DNA of 64,000 nucleotides from a virus. The notes beneath the pieces are model-generated. The model did no database searches, had not been told where the DNA came from, and worked only from the letters and a program-made list of their open reading frames with translations. Position numbers and translations under genes: made by a program. Positions 1 to 8,512 of the stretch are shown here, piece by piece. Position 1 is the stretch's first letter, and each line of letters begins with the position of its first letter. The stretch lies in the IMG/VR virus record IMGVR_UViG_3300017780_005043; one strand, written 5' to 3'.

Positions 1-1
1 C

Positions 2-220
2 ATAAATACTAACCACAATATGGCTCTTTACACCGAACCAACTACACAAAAAGAGTGGAAAACTTTTATGATTGAAACATTAAGCCAAAAAACAGATATT
101 CCTTATAGATTCTTTTCGCAGTATTATTCTGTAGAAGATGCAAGAGAACATCATAAAAGAGCAATATCAATTATAGAAGTGAAGTTAAACATTGAACCAG
201 TAAACAATCCAAATAAATAA
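2..220 (+). CDS. C-terminal part of paralog-family protein; the ORF is open to the window start
   Basis: No in-frame stop between position 2 and the first ATG at 20. Its C-terminal 60 aa (WKTFMIETLSQKTDIPYRFFSQYYS...EVKLNIEPVN) are near-identical to the C-termini of 849..1358 and 3977..4348. DNA identity to 4190-4340 is about 91%. Confidence 0.5.
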   Translation: MNTNHNMALYTEPTTQKEWKTFMIETLSQKTDIPYRFFSQYYSVEDAREHHKRAISIIEVKLNIEPVNNPNK

Positions 221-841
221 ATGGGAAGTATAAAAGGACAAAAGCATAATCCATACCTTGAAGGTAGATATGCACACATTAACCAGAATGATGTAGTTTT
301 TACGCCTGATTGGTTAGCAAAACAGATTTGCGGAATGTTTGACATTAAAGGCAAAGTATTAGAACCCTGCAAAGGCGAAGGAGCATTTTTAAAATACTTG
401 CCTGAAAATACAGATTGGTGCGAAATTGCAGATGGTAAAAACTACTATGATTATAATGAGAAAGTGGATTGGATTGTAACAAACCCACCATACTCTGATT
501 ACAATAGATTTTTAGAACATTCATTTGCATTGGCAGACAATATTGTATTGCTTGTGCCTGTGGCTAAAATGTTTAAGAGTATGGGAACTTTACAAGCTAT
601 ATTTAATTATGGTGGATTTGCTGAAATACATACAGTTCCTTCAAGTATGGCAGGTTTCCCATTTGGATTTCCAAGTGCAGTATATTACTTGAAACGAGAT
701 TATAAAGGAGAAACTAAAATCAAAATGCTTGAGGGTATTACTTTTGAGGGGAGGAAAAAAGAAAAGAAAAAGATTTCACGCAGAAAACTCTCTTCGGAGA
801 AGGAATATAGTAATATCAATACAGGAAGTAAAAATTATTAA
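221..841 (+). CDS. small N6-adenine/N4-cytosine (amino) DNA methyltransferase, gamma-class motif order
   Basis: Motif I-like VLEPCKGEGAFLKYL sits upstream of catalytic motif IV (TNPPY), as in M.TaqI-like enzymes. At 206 aa there is no obvious target-recognition domain. The C-terminus is Lys-rich. Confidence 0.55.
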   Translation: MGSIKGQKHNPYLEGRYAHINQNDVVFTPDWLAKQICGMFDIKGKVLEPCKGEGAFLKYLPENTDWCEIADGKNYYDYNEKVDWIVTNPPYSDYNRFLEHSFALADNIVLLVPVAKMFKSMGTLQAIFNYGGFAEIHTVPSSMAGFPFGFPSAVYYLKRDYKGETKIKMLEGITFEGRKKEKKKISRRKLSSEKEYSNINTGSKNY

Positions 842-848
842 ATATAGT

Positions 849-1358
849 ATGAAACGAAAAGAAGTTATAGGAAGCGGTAATTCAATGGGGACAACAAAGA
901 TTCTTGTTGCCAATTCAAAAGGAGAAGAAATATTTAAACTAAAAGATGATATAATAACAATTAATATGAGCAACATGGAAAGTAAAAAAGTAACATTGAA
1001 CAACGGAACTGTTTTAGAGGTGGGGAAGAAGTATAAGTGTGATGATTACACTCACGTTGAATTTGTAGAAATAAAAGTTCTAGGCGATAGATTATTAATT
1101 GGAACAAGACAATTAAAAGGTTTTTTAGGCACAAGCGAGGAAGGATTTGTAATTGATTCTAACTGGTTACCTTACACCGCCCCGCAAGAAGAGGTTAAGT
1201 GGAAAACTTTTTTGATTGAGATAGAACAATATCCAGTATCTCAAAGAATTTTTCATCAATTCAAATCTATGGAAGACGCTCAGCATCATTTTGGCGGCTC
1301 AAACGTAAAAATCACTGAAGTCGAGATAGACATAAAACCAGTAAATAGTAACAATTAA
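849..1358 (+). CDS. paralog-family protein (member 2)
   Basis: Start at ATG 849; the 729 start in the ORF track overlaps the MTase gene. It shares the N-terminal KVTLNNGTVLEVGKKY and the C-terminal NWLPYTAPQEEVKWKTF...KPVNS with 3977..4348. Confidence 0.55.
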   Translation: MKRKEVIGSGNSMGTTKILVANSKGEEIFKLKDDIITINMSNMESKKVTLNNGTVLEVGKKYKCDDYTHVEFVEIKVLGDRLLIGTRQLKGFLGTSEEGFVIDSNWLPYTAPQEEVKWKTFLIEIEQYPVSQRIFHQFKSMEDAQHHFGGSNVKITEVEIDIKPVNSNN

Positions 1359-1371
1359 AACAAACAGTAAA

Positions 1372-1668
1372 ATGAAAACACAAATCGGAAAAAAAGTAAT
1401 CGTAAGAGCAAACGGCGCAGGGGTATTCTTTGGAACACTGTCAGCAAAAGAAGGGAATGAAGTTCAATTAACTGACGTAAGAAAATTACACTATTGGGAT
1501 GGCGCTTGTGCTGTTGAACAGTTAGCAGTAGACGGAACAAGTAAACCAACAGAATGCAGATTCACCGTTGTAGTTGAGGAAATAACAATACTAAACGTGC
1601 TTCAAATTCTTCCATGTACAAAAAAAGCGATTGAAAAAATTGAAAATGTAGAGCCATGGAAAAAATAA
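1372..1668 (+). CDS. hypothetical protein
   Basis: 98-aa ORF in the co-directional early block; overlaps the next gene by 13 nt. Confidence 0.4.
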   Translation: MKTQIGKKVIVRANGAGVFFGTLSAKEGNEVQLTDVRKLHYWDGACAVEQLAVDGTSKPTECRFTVVVEEITILNVLQILPCTKKAIEKIENVEPWKK

Positions 1669-2432
1669 AAGAGTTTTTAAAGGTAAATACTGGCTCTGGC
1701 GATGGCTCTGGCGATGGCTCTGGCGATGGCTCTGGCTCTGGCGATGGCTCTGGCGATGGCTCTGGCTCTGGCGATGGCTCTGGCTCTGGCTATGGCTATG
1801 GCTATGGCTCTGGCTCTGGCTATGGCTATGGCGATGGCTCTGGCGATGGCTATGGCTATGGCTATAGCGATGGCTATGGCTATAGCGATGGCTCTGGCGA
1901 TGGCTATGGCGATGGCTCTGGCTATAGCTATGGCTCTGGCTATGGCGATGGCTCTGGCTCTGGCTATGGCCTAAAGACTTTTAATGGACAAAATGTATAT
2001 TCTGTAGATGGCGTACAAACCTTAATAGATTCTGTTAAAGGAAATATAGCGAAAGGCACTATTGTTAATTCAGGCCTTTCTTTAACACCGTGTTACATTG
2101 CTAAAGGAGAGAATATTTTTGCTCATGGTTCAACTATTAAAGAGGCGGTTGATTCATTGCAGAAAAAACTACTCAACAACCTACCAATAGAAAAAAGAGT
2201 TGATAAGTTTAAGGAGAAATTCAATAGCGATAAGAAGAAGTATAAAGCTAAGGATTTTTACGAATGGCACTTCTTTTTAACTGGTAGTTGTGAAATGGGT
2301 AGAAAATCATTTTGTAGCGATAAAGGAATTAATATTGATACGGATAAATTCACCGTTAAACAATTTATTGAACTAACTAAGAATAGTTACGGTAGCGAGG
2401 TTATTAAGTTGTTAGACATACGAGAGAAGTAA
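1656..2432 (+). CDS. Gly-rich low-complexity repeat protein with a globular C-terminal domain
   Basis: N-terminal roughly 95 aa consist of (GSGD)n and (GYGY)n repeats, followed by a roughly 150-aa non-repetitive domain. Confidence 0.5.
   Translation: MEKIKEFLKVNTGSGDGSGDGSGDGSGSGDGSGDGSGSGDGSGSGYGYGYGSGSGYGYGDGSGDGYGYGYSDGYGYSDGSGDGYGDGSGYSYGSGYGDGSGSGYGLKTFNGQNVYSVDGVQTLIDSVKGNIAKGTIVNSGLSLTPCYIAKGENIFAHGSTIKEAVDSLQKKLLNNLPIEKRVDKFKEKFNSDKKKYKAKDFYEWHFFLTGSCEMGRKSFCSDKGINIDTDKFTVKQFIELTKNSYGSEVIKLLDIREK
1697..1970 (+). repeat. tandem 6/12-bp repeat array (GGCTCT GGCGAT / GGCTAT) encoding the GSGD/GYGY repeats
   Basis: Direct reading of the sequence shows about 45 hexamer units. The alternative-frame ORF 1702..1974 (MALAMALA...) is an artefact of this array. 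Confidence 0.8.
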
Positions 2433-2668
2433 AGTATAGCATTGGTGGGGAATAGTTAATTGCAATCACTTACAGGTTCCGTAGTCGGAGTAATAAATCA
2501 AACCTGCAATATAAATACATTTAACATTTCTCACTTTAATTAGACATTGGTTAGTTTAACTTGACAGAACACCCACAATAGAAAGCCGTTTAGCCTTTCG
2601 GGAGATGGATGAAAAGAAATGTAATCCACCAATGTTTTAAAACAAAGTATTAACTAAAAATTGAAAGT

Positions 2669-3046
2669 ATGAACAACGAACAGTTAGACAAAATAGCATG
2701 GGAGGAAGCATGGGGTTATTATGGCTCTATTTCTTGGCAAGTAAACGAAAGAGCAGGTTTTATAAATGGCTTCAAATCAGGCTACAACTATCCAAAGTGG
2801 ATTTCTAAGAAAGATTCTTTACCTAAACACTTGCAGCTGTGTAATTTTTTATTAAACGATGGCAGTATAATTATTGGTAGATGCAGATATTATGAATACG
2901 GTGATAGCGAGTTAACAGATTGCTATGGAGCATCTATAAGTTATGTTGTTAGAACTTATCCTTTATGGGAATTACATAATTTTGATAGAAGTAAATATTT
3001 TGAAGTTACTCATTGGATGCCAATATCACAAACACCCACAAAATAA
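2669..3046 (+). CDS. DUF551-like phage protein
   Basis: The C-terminal EVTHWMPISQTPTK resembles the conserved HWMPLPEPP tail of DUF551 family proteins. Confidence 0.45.
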   Translation: MNNEQLDKIAWEEAWGYYGSISWQVNERAGFINGFKSGYNYPKWISKKDSLPKHLQLCNFLLNDGSIIIGRCRYYEYGDSELTDCYGASISYVVRTYPLWELHNFDRSKYFEVTHWMPISQTPTK

Positions 3047-3070
3047 ACAGTAAACAAAGTAAATTAAACA

Positions 3071-3328
3071 ATGAAAACAAAAGACGAAATTATAAGCATA
3101 ACAGAAGCAACAGTGGCTGCGTATAGCCATAGCCCTGTTTGGTATAAAACGAGTATTGAGAAGTACATGGATGAATGGATAAAAGAAAACAGATTATATG
3201 GATGCTACTCAGGCGGTAAACTTCTTAAAATATATGCTACAAGAAATGATGCAGAAAAAGAGTCTACAAAATGGAGTACTCAATACAAAGTAGAAGTGAA
3301 AGCGATTGAAGTAGGAGATAGAGGATAG
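3071..3328 (+). CDS. hypothetical protein
   Basis: 85-aa ORF, same strand, tightly spaced with its neighbours. Confidence 0.4.
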   Translation: MKTKDEIISITEATVAAYSHSPVWYKTSIEKYMDEWIKENRLYGCYSGGKLLKIYATRNDAEKESTKWSTQYKVEVKAIEVGDRG

Positions 3329-3361
3329 CAATTGATATAAATACAATTAAAAAAATAGGAT

Positions 3362-3601
3362 ATGAAAAACAAAACACACGTAGGATGCTCGCCGCTCACG
3401 GGAGAAATATTCGCAGGAAAACTAATTGCTAATGGCACAATGTGGAGAGCAGGTAAACAGAACGTAACAAACGAGGCTTTAAACGCTGTCGCTTCAAGTA
3501 TTTTAATTACAAATAAAGCGATGCAATTCACATCTGCAATTGATGGAGAAACTTATATTCTTCAAGTGGTTAAAGCAAAAAAGAAAAAAAGTAAATTATG
3601 A
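3362..3601 (+). CDS. hypothetical protein
   Basis: 79-aa ORF; its stop overlaps the next ATG (ATGA). Confidence 0.4.
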   Translation: MKNKTHVGCSPLTGEIFAGKLIANGTMWRAGKQNVTNEALNAVASSILITNKAMQFTSAIDGETYILQVVKAKKKKSKL

Positions 3602-3720
3602 GCAAAGAAAGAGATTACTTTCAAAAGGTAATTAAAGCCAATAAACCGATTTTTATTAGCAAAAAGAAAATAATAAAATATTTGGAGAAACTTAAAGAGA
3701 AACAAACTAAACCCAAGTAA
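3598..3720 (+). CDS. small hypothetical protein (40 aa, Lys-rich)
   Basis: ATGA overlap with the upstream gene and a stop 1 nt before the next ATG; it fills an otherwise empty gap. Hand-translated. Confidence 0.25.
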   Translation: MSKERDYFQKVIKANKPIFISKKKIIKYLEKLKEKQTKPK

Positions 3721-3721
3721 C

Positions 3722-3964
3722 ATGAAGCAGTATATTAAAGATAACTTAACACCTTTAGCTATCGGGGCAATAATAACTTTTTCTTTTTGTAAGATTGAGC
3801 AGTATATTTGGGTACTTAAAGGTGAGAAAGTTGATATAAACGTCTTAAAACGTGCTCAACCAGGTATTTGGTATCAGTTTATTTTAAGTCAAGAGTTAAG
3901 TAAGCTACAAGAAGCTTATTTTACAGCTTTAGGATTCTTTGGAGAAAATATTAATGCACTTTAA
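3722..3964 (+). CDS. hypothetical protein
   Basis: 80-aa ORF with a hydrophobic N-terminal segment. Confidence 0.4.
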   Translation: MKQYIKDNLTPLAIGAIITFSFCKIEQYIWVLKGEKVDINVLKRAQPGIWYQFILSQELSKLQEAYFTALGFFGENINAL

Positions 3965-3976
3965 ACACAAAACAAC

Positions 3977-4348
3977 ATGAAAACAGTAAAACTAAACAAC
4001 GGAACAATTTTAGAGGTGGGGAAGAAGTATAGAGTAGTAAATGATGAATATGAAGAAAGTTGCAACTATGTGTACACATTACTTTGTATTTATGATAAGT
4101 ATTTATGGATGAGAGAAAGCGGTGGGCTTCTAAGCAATAGATTAGTGAATGAAAACTGGCTACCTTACACCGCCCCACAAGAAGAGGTAACGTGGAAAAC
4201 TTTTATGATTGAAACATTGAGCCAAAAAACAGATATTCCTTATAAATTCTTTTCGCAGTATTATTCTATGGAAGATGCAAGAGAGCATCATAAACGAGCA
4301 ATTTCAATACAGGAAGTGAAATTAAACATTGAGCCAGTAAATAGTTAG
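3977..4348 (+). CDS. paralog-family protein (member 3)
   Basis: Shares both N- and C-terminal modules with 849..1358. Its C-terminal 150 nt are about 91% identical to 60-215. Confidence 0.55.
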   Translation: MKTVKLNNGTILEVGKKYRVVNDEYEESCNYVYTLLCIYDKYLWMRESGGLLSNRLVNENWLPYTAPQEEVTWKTFMIETLSQKTDIPYKFFSQYYSMEDAREHHKRAISIQEVKLNIEPVNS

Positions 4349-4457
4349 GTAATGTTCTTTAAGATATAAACGTGACTAAGCCCCACAACACTGTAAAGTC
4401 AGTGAATGGTGCAGTTTTTAAAGAAACGGATTGACGCTATCCACGTTTATTTTACGG

Positions 4458-4511
4458 CATTGGTGGCACAATAAGTCTGCAATAGTGACGGTCACCAATG
4501 CTTTTTTAAAA
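4458..4511 (+). terminator. putative rho-independent terminator / conserved stem-loop
   Basis: Perfect 9-bp stem GCATTGGTG (4458-4466) / CACCAATGC (4493-4501) with a 26-nt loop, followed by TTTTTT. Lies 110 nt after the 3977..4348 stop. Confidence 0.4.
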
Positions 4512-4543
4512 CAGTATTAACCACCGCTAGTCGGTATAAATTG

Positions 4544-4711
4544 ATGAGTATGACCATTAAGCAGCAGATACTTCAATCAAGCTACTACGCACATCTAAAA
4601 GCAGCAGACGAACTATCTAAAGTTCTTCTGACTGATAGAGCGGAGGAGGCATTGAAAGAAGCTAATAAAATAAGTGTTGAACTAAATAAACAACCCCAAA
4701 ATGGAAGATAA
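4544..4711 (+). CDS. small hypothetical protein (55 aa)
   Basis: Hand-translated MSMTIKQQILQSSYYAHLKAADELSKVLL... Co-directional with the block; the 4585..4851 minus ORF in the track is more likely spurious. Confidence 0.3.
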   Translation: MSMTIKQQILQSSYYAHLKAADELSKVLLTDRAEEALKEANKISVELNKQPQNGR

Positions 4712-4728
4712 AATTTTAAAACAATAAT

Positions 4729-4905
4729 ATGAAAACAGCAGAAGAAATAATGAACAAGCATTTTAAAGAATGTTTTGAAACGCATAACGAAAAGGTATCC
4801 GAAAAGTATATACTTTACTTTCACAAGGCAATGAGGGAATACGCTCAACAAGAACGTGAAAAGGCAGTATATGAACTTTTAGGATTAATGCAAAATACAA
4901 AGTAG
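4729..4905 (+). CDS. small hypothetical protein (58 aa)
   Basis: Hand-translated MKTAEEIMNKHFKECFETHNEKVSEKYILYFHKAMREYAQQEREK... Its stop lies 1 nt before the next ATG. Confidence 0.3.
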   Translation: MKTAEEIMNKHFKECFETHNEKVSEKYILYFHKAMREYAQQEREKAVYELLGLMQNTK

Positions 4906-4906
4906 T

Positions 4907-5140
4907 ATGGTAGACACTTACACAATAAAATGCCCTTACTCAATCACTACTAAAAACGAAATTGAAATTATTTCAGATAATATCATGTATTCGGAGGTAG
5001 GGCTAAATGATAAACGAGTTTTTATTGGAGTTCAATGTAGCAACCAAGAAAATGCTGAAATAATAAAAGCTAAGTGTATTCAAGTAGCTGACTTGATTAG
5101 AGAGATTGATAAACTCAATAAACCTGAACCTACCCCCTAA
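4907..5140 (+). CDS. hypothetical protein
   Basis: 77-aa ORF; last gene of the plus-strand block and convergent with the minus block. Confidence 0.4.
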   Translation: MVDTYTIKCPYSITTKNEIEIISDNIMYSEVGLNDKRVFIGVQCSNQENAEIIKAKCIQVADLIREIDKLNKPEPTP

Positions 5141-5744
5141 AAAAAGCCTTTGTCATTTCAGTATTATCCAAAATCATCTTGGAATTATCCGAGTAGCTTT
5201 GATATTGGTAGCATAGGCTAGGTATAGCCATGTACACATTAAACTTCTTTTGAATTACCATAAGCATAGCATCTAAATCACTACCGTACGCTACTTTCTT
5301 ATACTCTTCAAGCATCAACTCATAGAATTTAGGATTAACCATGTAGCAAGTGCCTGAAAGAACGTGCTGGGTAGCTTTAGCTATGTTGTTGCTTACCCTA
5401 TGGTATTTACTTCTCTCTGAAATAGAGTAACCAAGCATGAGTATATCCCAATCTTCGGGAATCTCTGAAAGTATTACTTCTAACTTATCATTGAAAGATT
5501 CTGAAGGTATAATGTCATCCTCTGCTATGATGCACAACTCTTTGTTGGTGGCACTATCTATTGAAATCATTTTAAGAACCTTCCTGTGGCTTTCAAAACA
5601 ACCCCTTGCGCCCCAAGAATCTTCGGGGAATATAGTGCCTTGTACTCTGTTAAGAATTACTTTACCCTCCCAATTCTTAATCATTAGTTCGTTTCTATCT
5701 GTACGGTGGTCAAGATTGATATAGTGTAGGTCTAGTTTTTCCAT
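5130..5744 (-). CDS. glycosyltransferase family 25 (LPS/LOS biosynthesis-type) protein
   Basis: N-terminal HYINLDHRTDR followed by a GCFESH motif, as in Lic2A/LgtB-type GT25 enzymes; about 200 aa. Confidence 0.5.
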   Translation of the reverse strand: MEKLDLHYINLDHRTDRNELMIKNWEGKVILNRVQGTIFPEDSWGARGCFESHRKVLKMISIDSATNKELCIIAEDDIIPSESFNDKLEVILSEIPEDWDILMLGYSISERSKYHRVSNNIAKATQHVLSGTCYMVNPKFYELMLEEYKKVAYGSDLDAMLMVIQKKFNVYMAIPSLCYQYQSYSDNSKMILDNTEMTKAFFRG

Positions 5745-5745
5745 A

Positions 5746-6099
5746 CTAAATATGTATCATTATTACTTTAAATAACTGCTCATCATTAATCAATCTAGCT
5801 TGCGTTTCCTTGTGTCTTTCTAGCCCACTAGGATTTTCGGGAAAAAAGCTCCCCATTATTTTCTGCTGCTTTATATTCAAAGACAAGCACCCTTCCACAA
5901 AATCAACCAACCATTTTCTATTCTCAATTGAAATTACACCTACTGTATCAATCTCACTTTTGATAGCCCTTAAAGTTTTCAATCCAGCTTCAAACTTAAT
6001 TACATCAAAATTATTCAAATCTTTCGCATCTACTCTTTCGATAATAGAGCAAAACTGAATCCTTTCATCAATAAAATTTTTAACTAATTCGTGTACCAT
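5746..6099 (-). CDS. hypothetical protein
   Basis: 117-aa ORF tightly packed in the minus-strand array. Confidence 0.4.
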   Translation of the reverse strand: MVHELVKNFIDERIQFCSIIERVDAKDLNNFDVIKFEAGLKTLRAIKSEIDTVGVISIENRKWLVDFVEGCLSLNIKQQKIMGSFFPENPSGLERHKETQARLINDEQLFKVIMIHI

Positions 6100-6103
6100 A
6101 CTA

Positions 6104-6427
6104 TTATTTCTCCATTTTAATTAGTATTCTGAAAATTCCCTTAAATCCTTTATTAGTCTGAACAATCTGAACAAGCTCGCTACCATTTGAGCATTTCTCA
6201 TTAATCTCGCTACTCATGTTAGTTGTATTGTCAAAATCAACATCAAAGTATCTGTACTCCCACTTAGAATCATCTTCACTCTCCCTAGAAAGTTCTTCAT
6301 CAAGTTGCTCTTGTTCCTTTTTTCTTTTAGCAATTTTTCTGTACTTAACTATACCAACCACAATAGCTGATACCCATACAAGGCAAGTTGTTGTTATTCC
6401 GAATATGTAGTAAAAATTTTGTAACAT
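6104..6427 (-). CDS. hypothetical membrane protein
   Basis: One clear TM segment (IFGITTTCLVWVSAIVVGIV) followed by an acidic tail. Confidence 0.4.
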   Translation of the reverse strand: MLQNFYYIFGITTTCLVWVSAIVVGIVKYRKIAKRKKEQEQLDEELSRESEDDSKWEYRYFDVDFDNTTNMSSEINEKCSNGSELVQIVQTNKGFKGIFRILIKMEK

Positions 6428-6431
6428 ATCT

Positions 6432-6719
6432 TTAATTTTCAGGATTTTTATACATACTCATTTTCTCCTTGTAGGTTAACAATAAATCAGAATGATTAAC
6501 CCACACTTCATTAATTAACTCATCGCTATAATAAGGTCTGCCAACACTATCTAATTTAATTTTATTAACCATAAATCCATCAGATGTTTTGACTTTATAA
6601 CAACAAATATCACGATAAATATCATCACTGAATTTCTCTCCTTTAAGAACTTCTAAAACAATTCCTTTTACAATTTTATTATTGTAAATAATAGTAACTT
6701 CTTCTCCTTCTTTTTTCAT
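6432..6719 (-). CDS. hypothetical protein
   Basis: 95-aa ORF. Confidence 0.4.
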   Translation of the reverse strand: MKKEGEEVTIIYNNKIVKGIVLEVLKGEKFSDDIYRDICCYKVKTSDGFMVNKIKLDSVGRPYYSDELINEVWVNHSDLLLTYKEKMSMYKNPEN

Positions 6720-6726
6720 AATTTTT

Positions 6727-7695
6727 TTATTTTAAATATTGTGTAATTCCTTCTCTCACTGCTGCTTCCTTCGTGAACTGTGGATTGATAGCCTTTAAAA
6801 TACGCATCATATCCATGTTGTTTTGAATCAAATCCCAGTTAATAGAATAAGTTCTAAGATTAGCAGCATTGAACAAAGCATTATCTCTAACCGCATTGTT
6901 CACTACTTGGTATGCACTAACTTTACTTTCTACAAAAGTAGCATCACCGTATAATTCATGTTCCTCTTCAGATGTTAAACTTAGTTCACTAACTTCTTTT
7001 ACCACGAACTCTTCTGCATTACTGCTTTCAACAACTTCTAATGGCTCTACCTCTAAAGTAACATTTTTAGTAATAACCAAGTTCTCATAGCTTTGGTAAA
7101 TGATAGTATTCATACCGAACTTAGCACAATACTCCATAATCTCTGCCTTCACCGCTTCATCCTTATTGTACTCTATACATAGTGCCTTCACGTTACTCAA
7201 ATCTATTTGCTTTAAGATAATCACATCAACCGCTTCTGCATCAATAGTAATAAAGTCAAAAGGCAATTCCTTCCAAGTATTCCTAATCCTTGTTAAAGCA
7301 TCCTCAAAACTCAAACACTCAATACTCTTTTCCGTGAACTCTTCACCTGCTTCCTCCCACTTATCCGTTTCAGTTTCTACTAGCGTAGATAGCAAAGATA
7401 CATCACCATTCTTTAAATGGCTTCCACTCTCGTAAAACTTGTAAGTACCCGTTTGTCCTGCTAAACCGTATTTAAGGCACAATACATTATTATTGTCCTT
7501 ATGCAAGTCGCTCAATCTTCTAAATGCTTCCTCTGAAGGCTCAAATAAAACTGCGTTCCACCCCTCTTCAATTAGTCTTAGAGAGTTAGATAGCGTTCTA
7601 CCGTCATTCTCCCCTATTGATAATAGGTTTCCTTTGAATCCTTTGAAATAATTTGATAGGATAAAATCCTCATCGTTCTGGCTATACTTTTTCAT
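6727..7695 (-). CDS. FkbM-family methyltransferase domain protein with a C-terminal extension
   Basis: LLSIGENDGRT...AVLFEPSEEAFRRL...GLAGQTGTYKFY matches the FkbM (Methyltransf_21) motif pattern. Confidence 0.45.
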   Translation of the reverse strand: MKKYSQNDEDFILSNYFKGFKGNLLSIGENDGRTLSNSLRLIEEGWNAVLFEPSEEAFRRLSDLHKDNNNVLCLKYGLAGQTGTYKFYESGSHLKNGDVSLLSTLVETETDKWEEAGEEFTEKSIECLSFEDALTRIRNTWKELPFDFITIDAEAVDVIILKQIDLSNVKALCIEYNKDEAVKAEIMEYCAKFGMNTIIYQSYENLVITKNVTLEVEPLEVVESSNAEEFVVKEVSELSLTSEEEHELYGDATFVESKVSAYQVVNNAVRDNALFNAANLRTYSINWDLIQNNMDMMRILKAINPQFTKEAAVREGITQYLK

Positions 7696-7696
7696 A

Positions 7697-7945
7697 TCAA
7701 TTATATTTTTCTGTTTTTACTAAAATTGTTACTCCAAACTCATTTTTTTCCAAATCGGCAATTCTGCTCCAAAAATAGATATTATTTCCACCTCTATCAA
7801 AAGTTAAATACTTATACCACGTACCACCTTCAAACCATCTATGTAACTTACTCTTCCACAACAAACCTCCAAAGAAGTAGCTAAGAATATAATCCTTCCG
7901 ATTTACCTTAATTTCCTTTAATCTAAATAAATTTTTAATAAACAT
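7697..7945 (-). CDS. hypothetical protein
   Basis: 82-aa ORF. Confidence 0.35.
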   Translation of the reverse strand: MFIKNLFRLKEIKVNRKDYILSYFFGGLLWKSKLHRWFEGGTWYKYLTFDRGGNNIYFWSRIADLEKNEFGVTILVKTEKYN

Positions 7946-7946
7946 A

Positions 7947-8510
7947 CTATTCGCTTTTAATTAAATATTCAATACTTCCCCATTCGCTATGAAGTAAAGG
8001 ACATGAATCTACTTTCTTTCTCAAAACAACAATAACTTCCCAACCATCCGTAATGTTCCCGTAGATAGCGTGTTCGTACACCTCAATAATATCTAAGTTG
8101 CATAACCTCGCATACTCCACCCAAAACTGCATAGTAAAATAGTGGTAGCAATGAAAAGGAAAACTGCCCGTCTTAGGGTTTTTGTGAATCATTACACCAT
8201 CTGTTGAACAATACATAAAAGTATTACTCAAAAATTGATAAAGATTACTAAGATGTTCACCAGTCCCAAAATCAGTAACAATATCGAATTGACCAATACT
8301 CTTACTTGGGTAGTTTAAGTCAATAGCCAATGCGCCATGCTTACCATTAATATCTACGCTACTATGTTTATACCCAAGTGAAGTATAATAATCCTTTGCT
8401 GAAATATTTTGAACGAACTCTAAGTTCATTATTTGGTCGCCCAACTCTAAAACACTTCCACCTTCAGGTGCGTATTTCAAAAATAATTCGTGTCCGTGTT
8501 GTTCTATCAT
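7947..8510 (-). CDS. hypothetical protein, possibly a class-I SAM-dependent methyltransferase fold
   Basis: Weak motif I-like SVLELGDQ and FDIVTDFGTGEHL resembling MTase motifs II/III. Confidence 0.3.
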   Translation of the reverse strand: MIEQHGHELFLKYAPEGGSVLELGDQIMNLEFVQNISAKDYYTSLGYKHSSVDINGKHGALAIDLNYPSKSIGQFDIVTDFGTGEHLSNLYQFLSNTFMYCSTDGVMIHKNPKTGSFPFHCYHYFTMQFWVEYARLCNLDIIEVYEHAIYGNITDGWEVIVVLRKKVDSCPLLHSEWGSIEYLIKSE

Positions 8511-8512
8511 AA

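Noticed and set aside
1702-1974. 90-aa ORF MALAMALAMALA…
   Set aside because: Alternative reading frame of the hexamer tandem array inside 1656..2432. Pure repeat artefact.
4585-4851. 88-aa minus-strand ORF from the track
   Set aside because: Two tightly coupled plus-strand small ORFs (4544..4711, 4729..4905) fit the local gene direction and spacing better.
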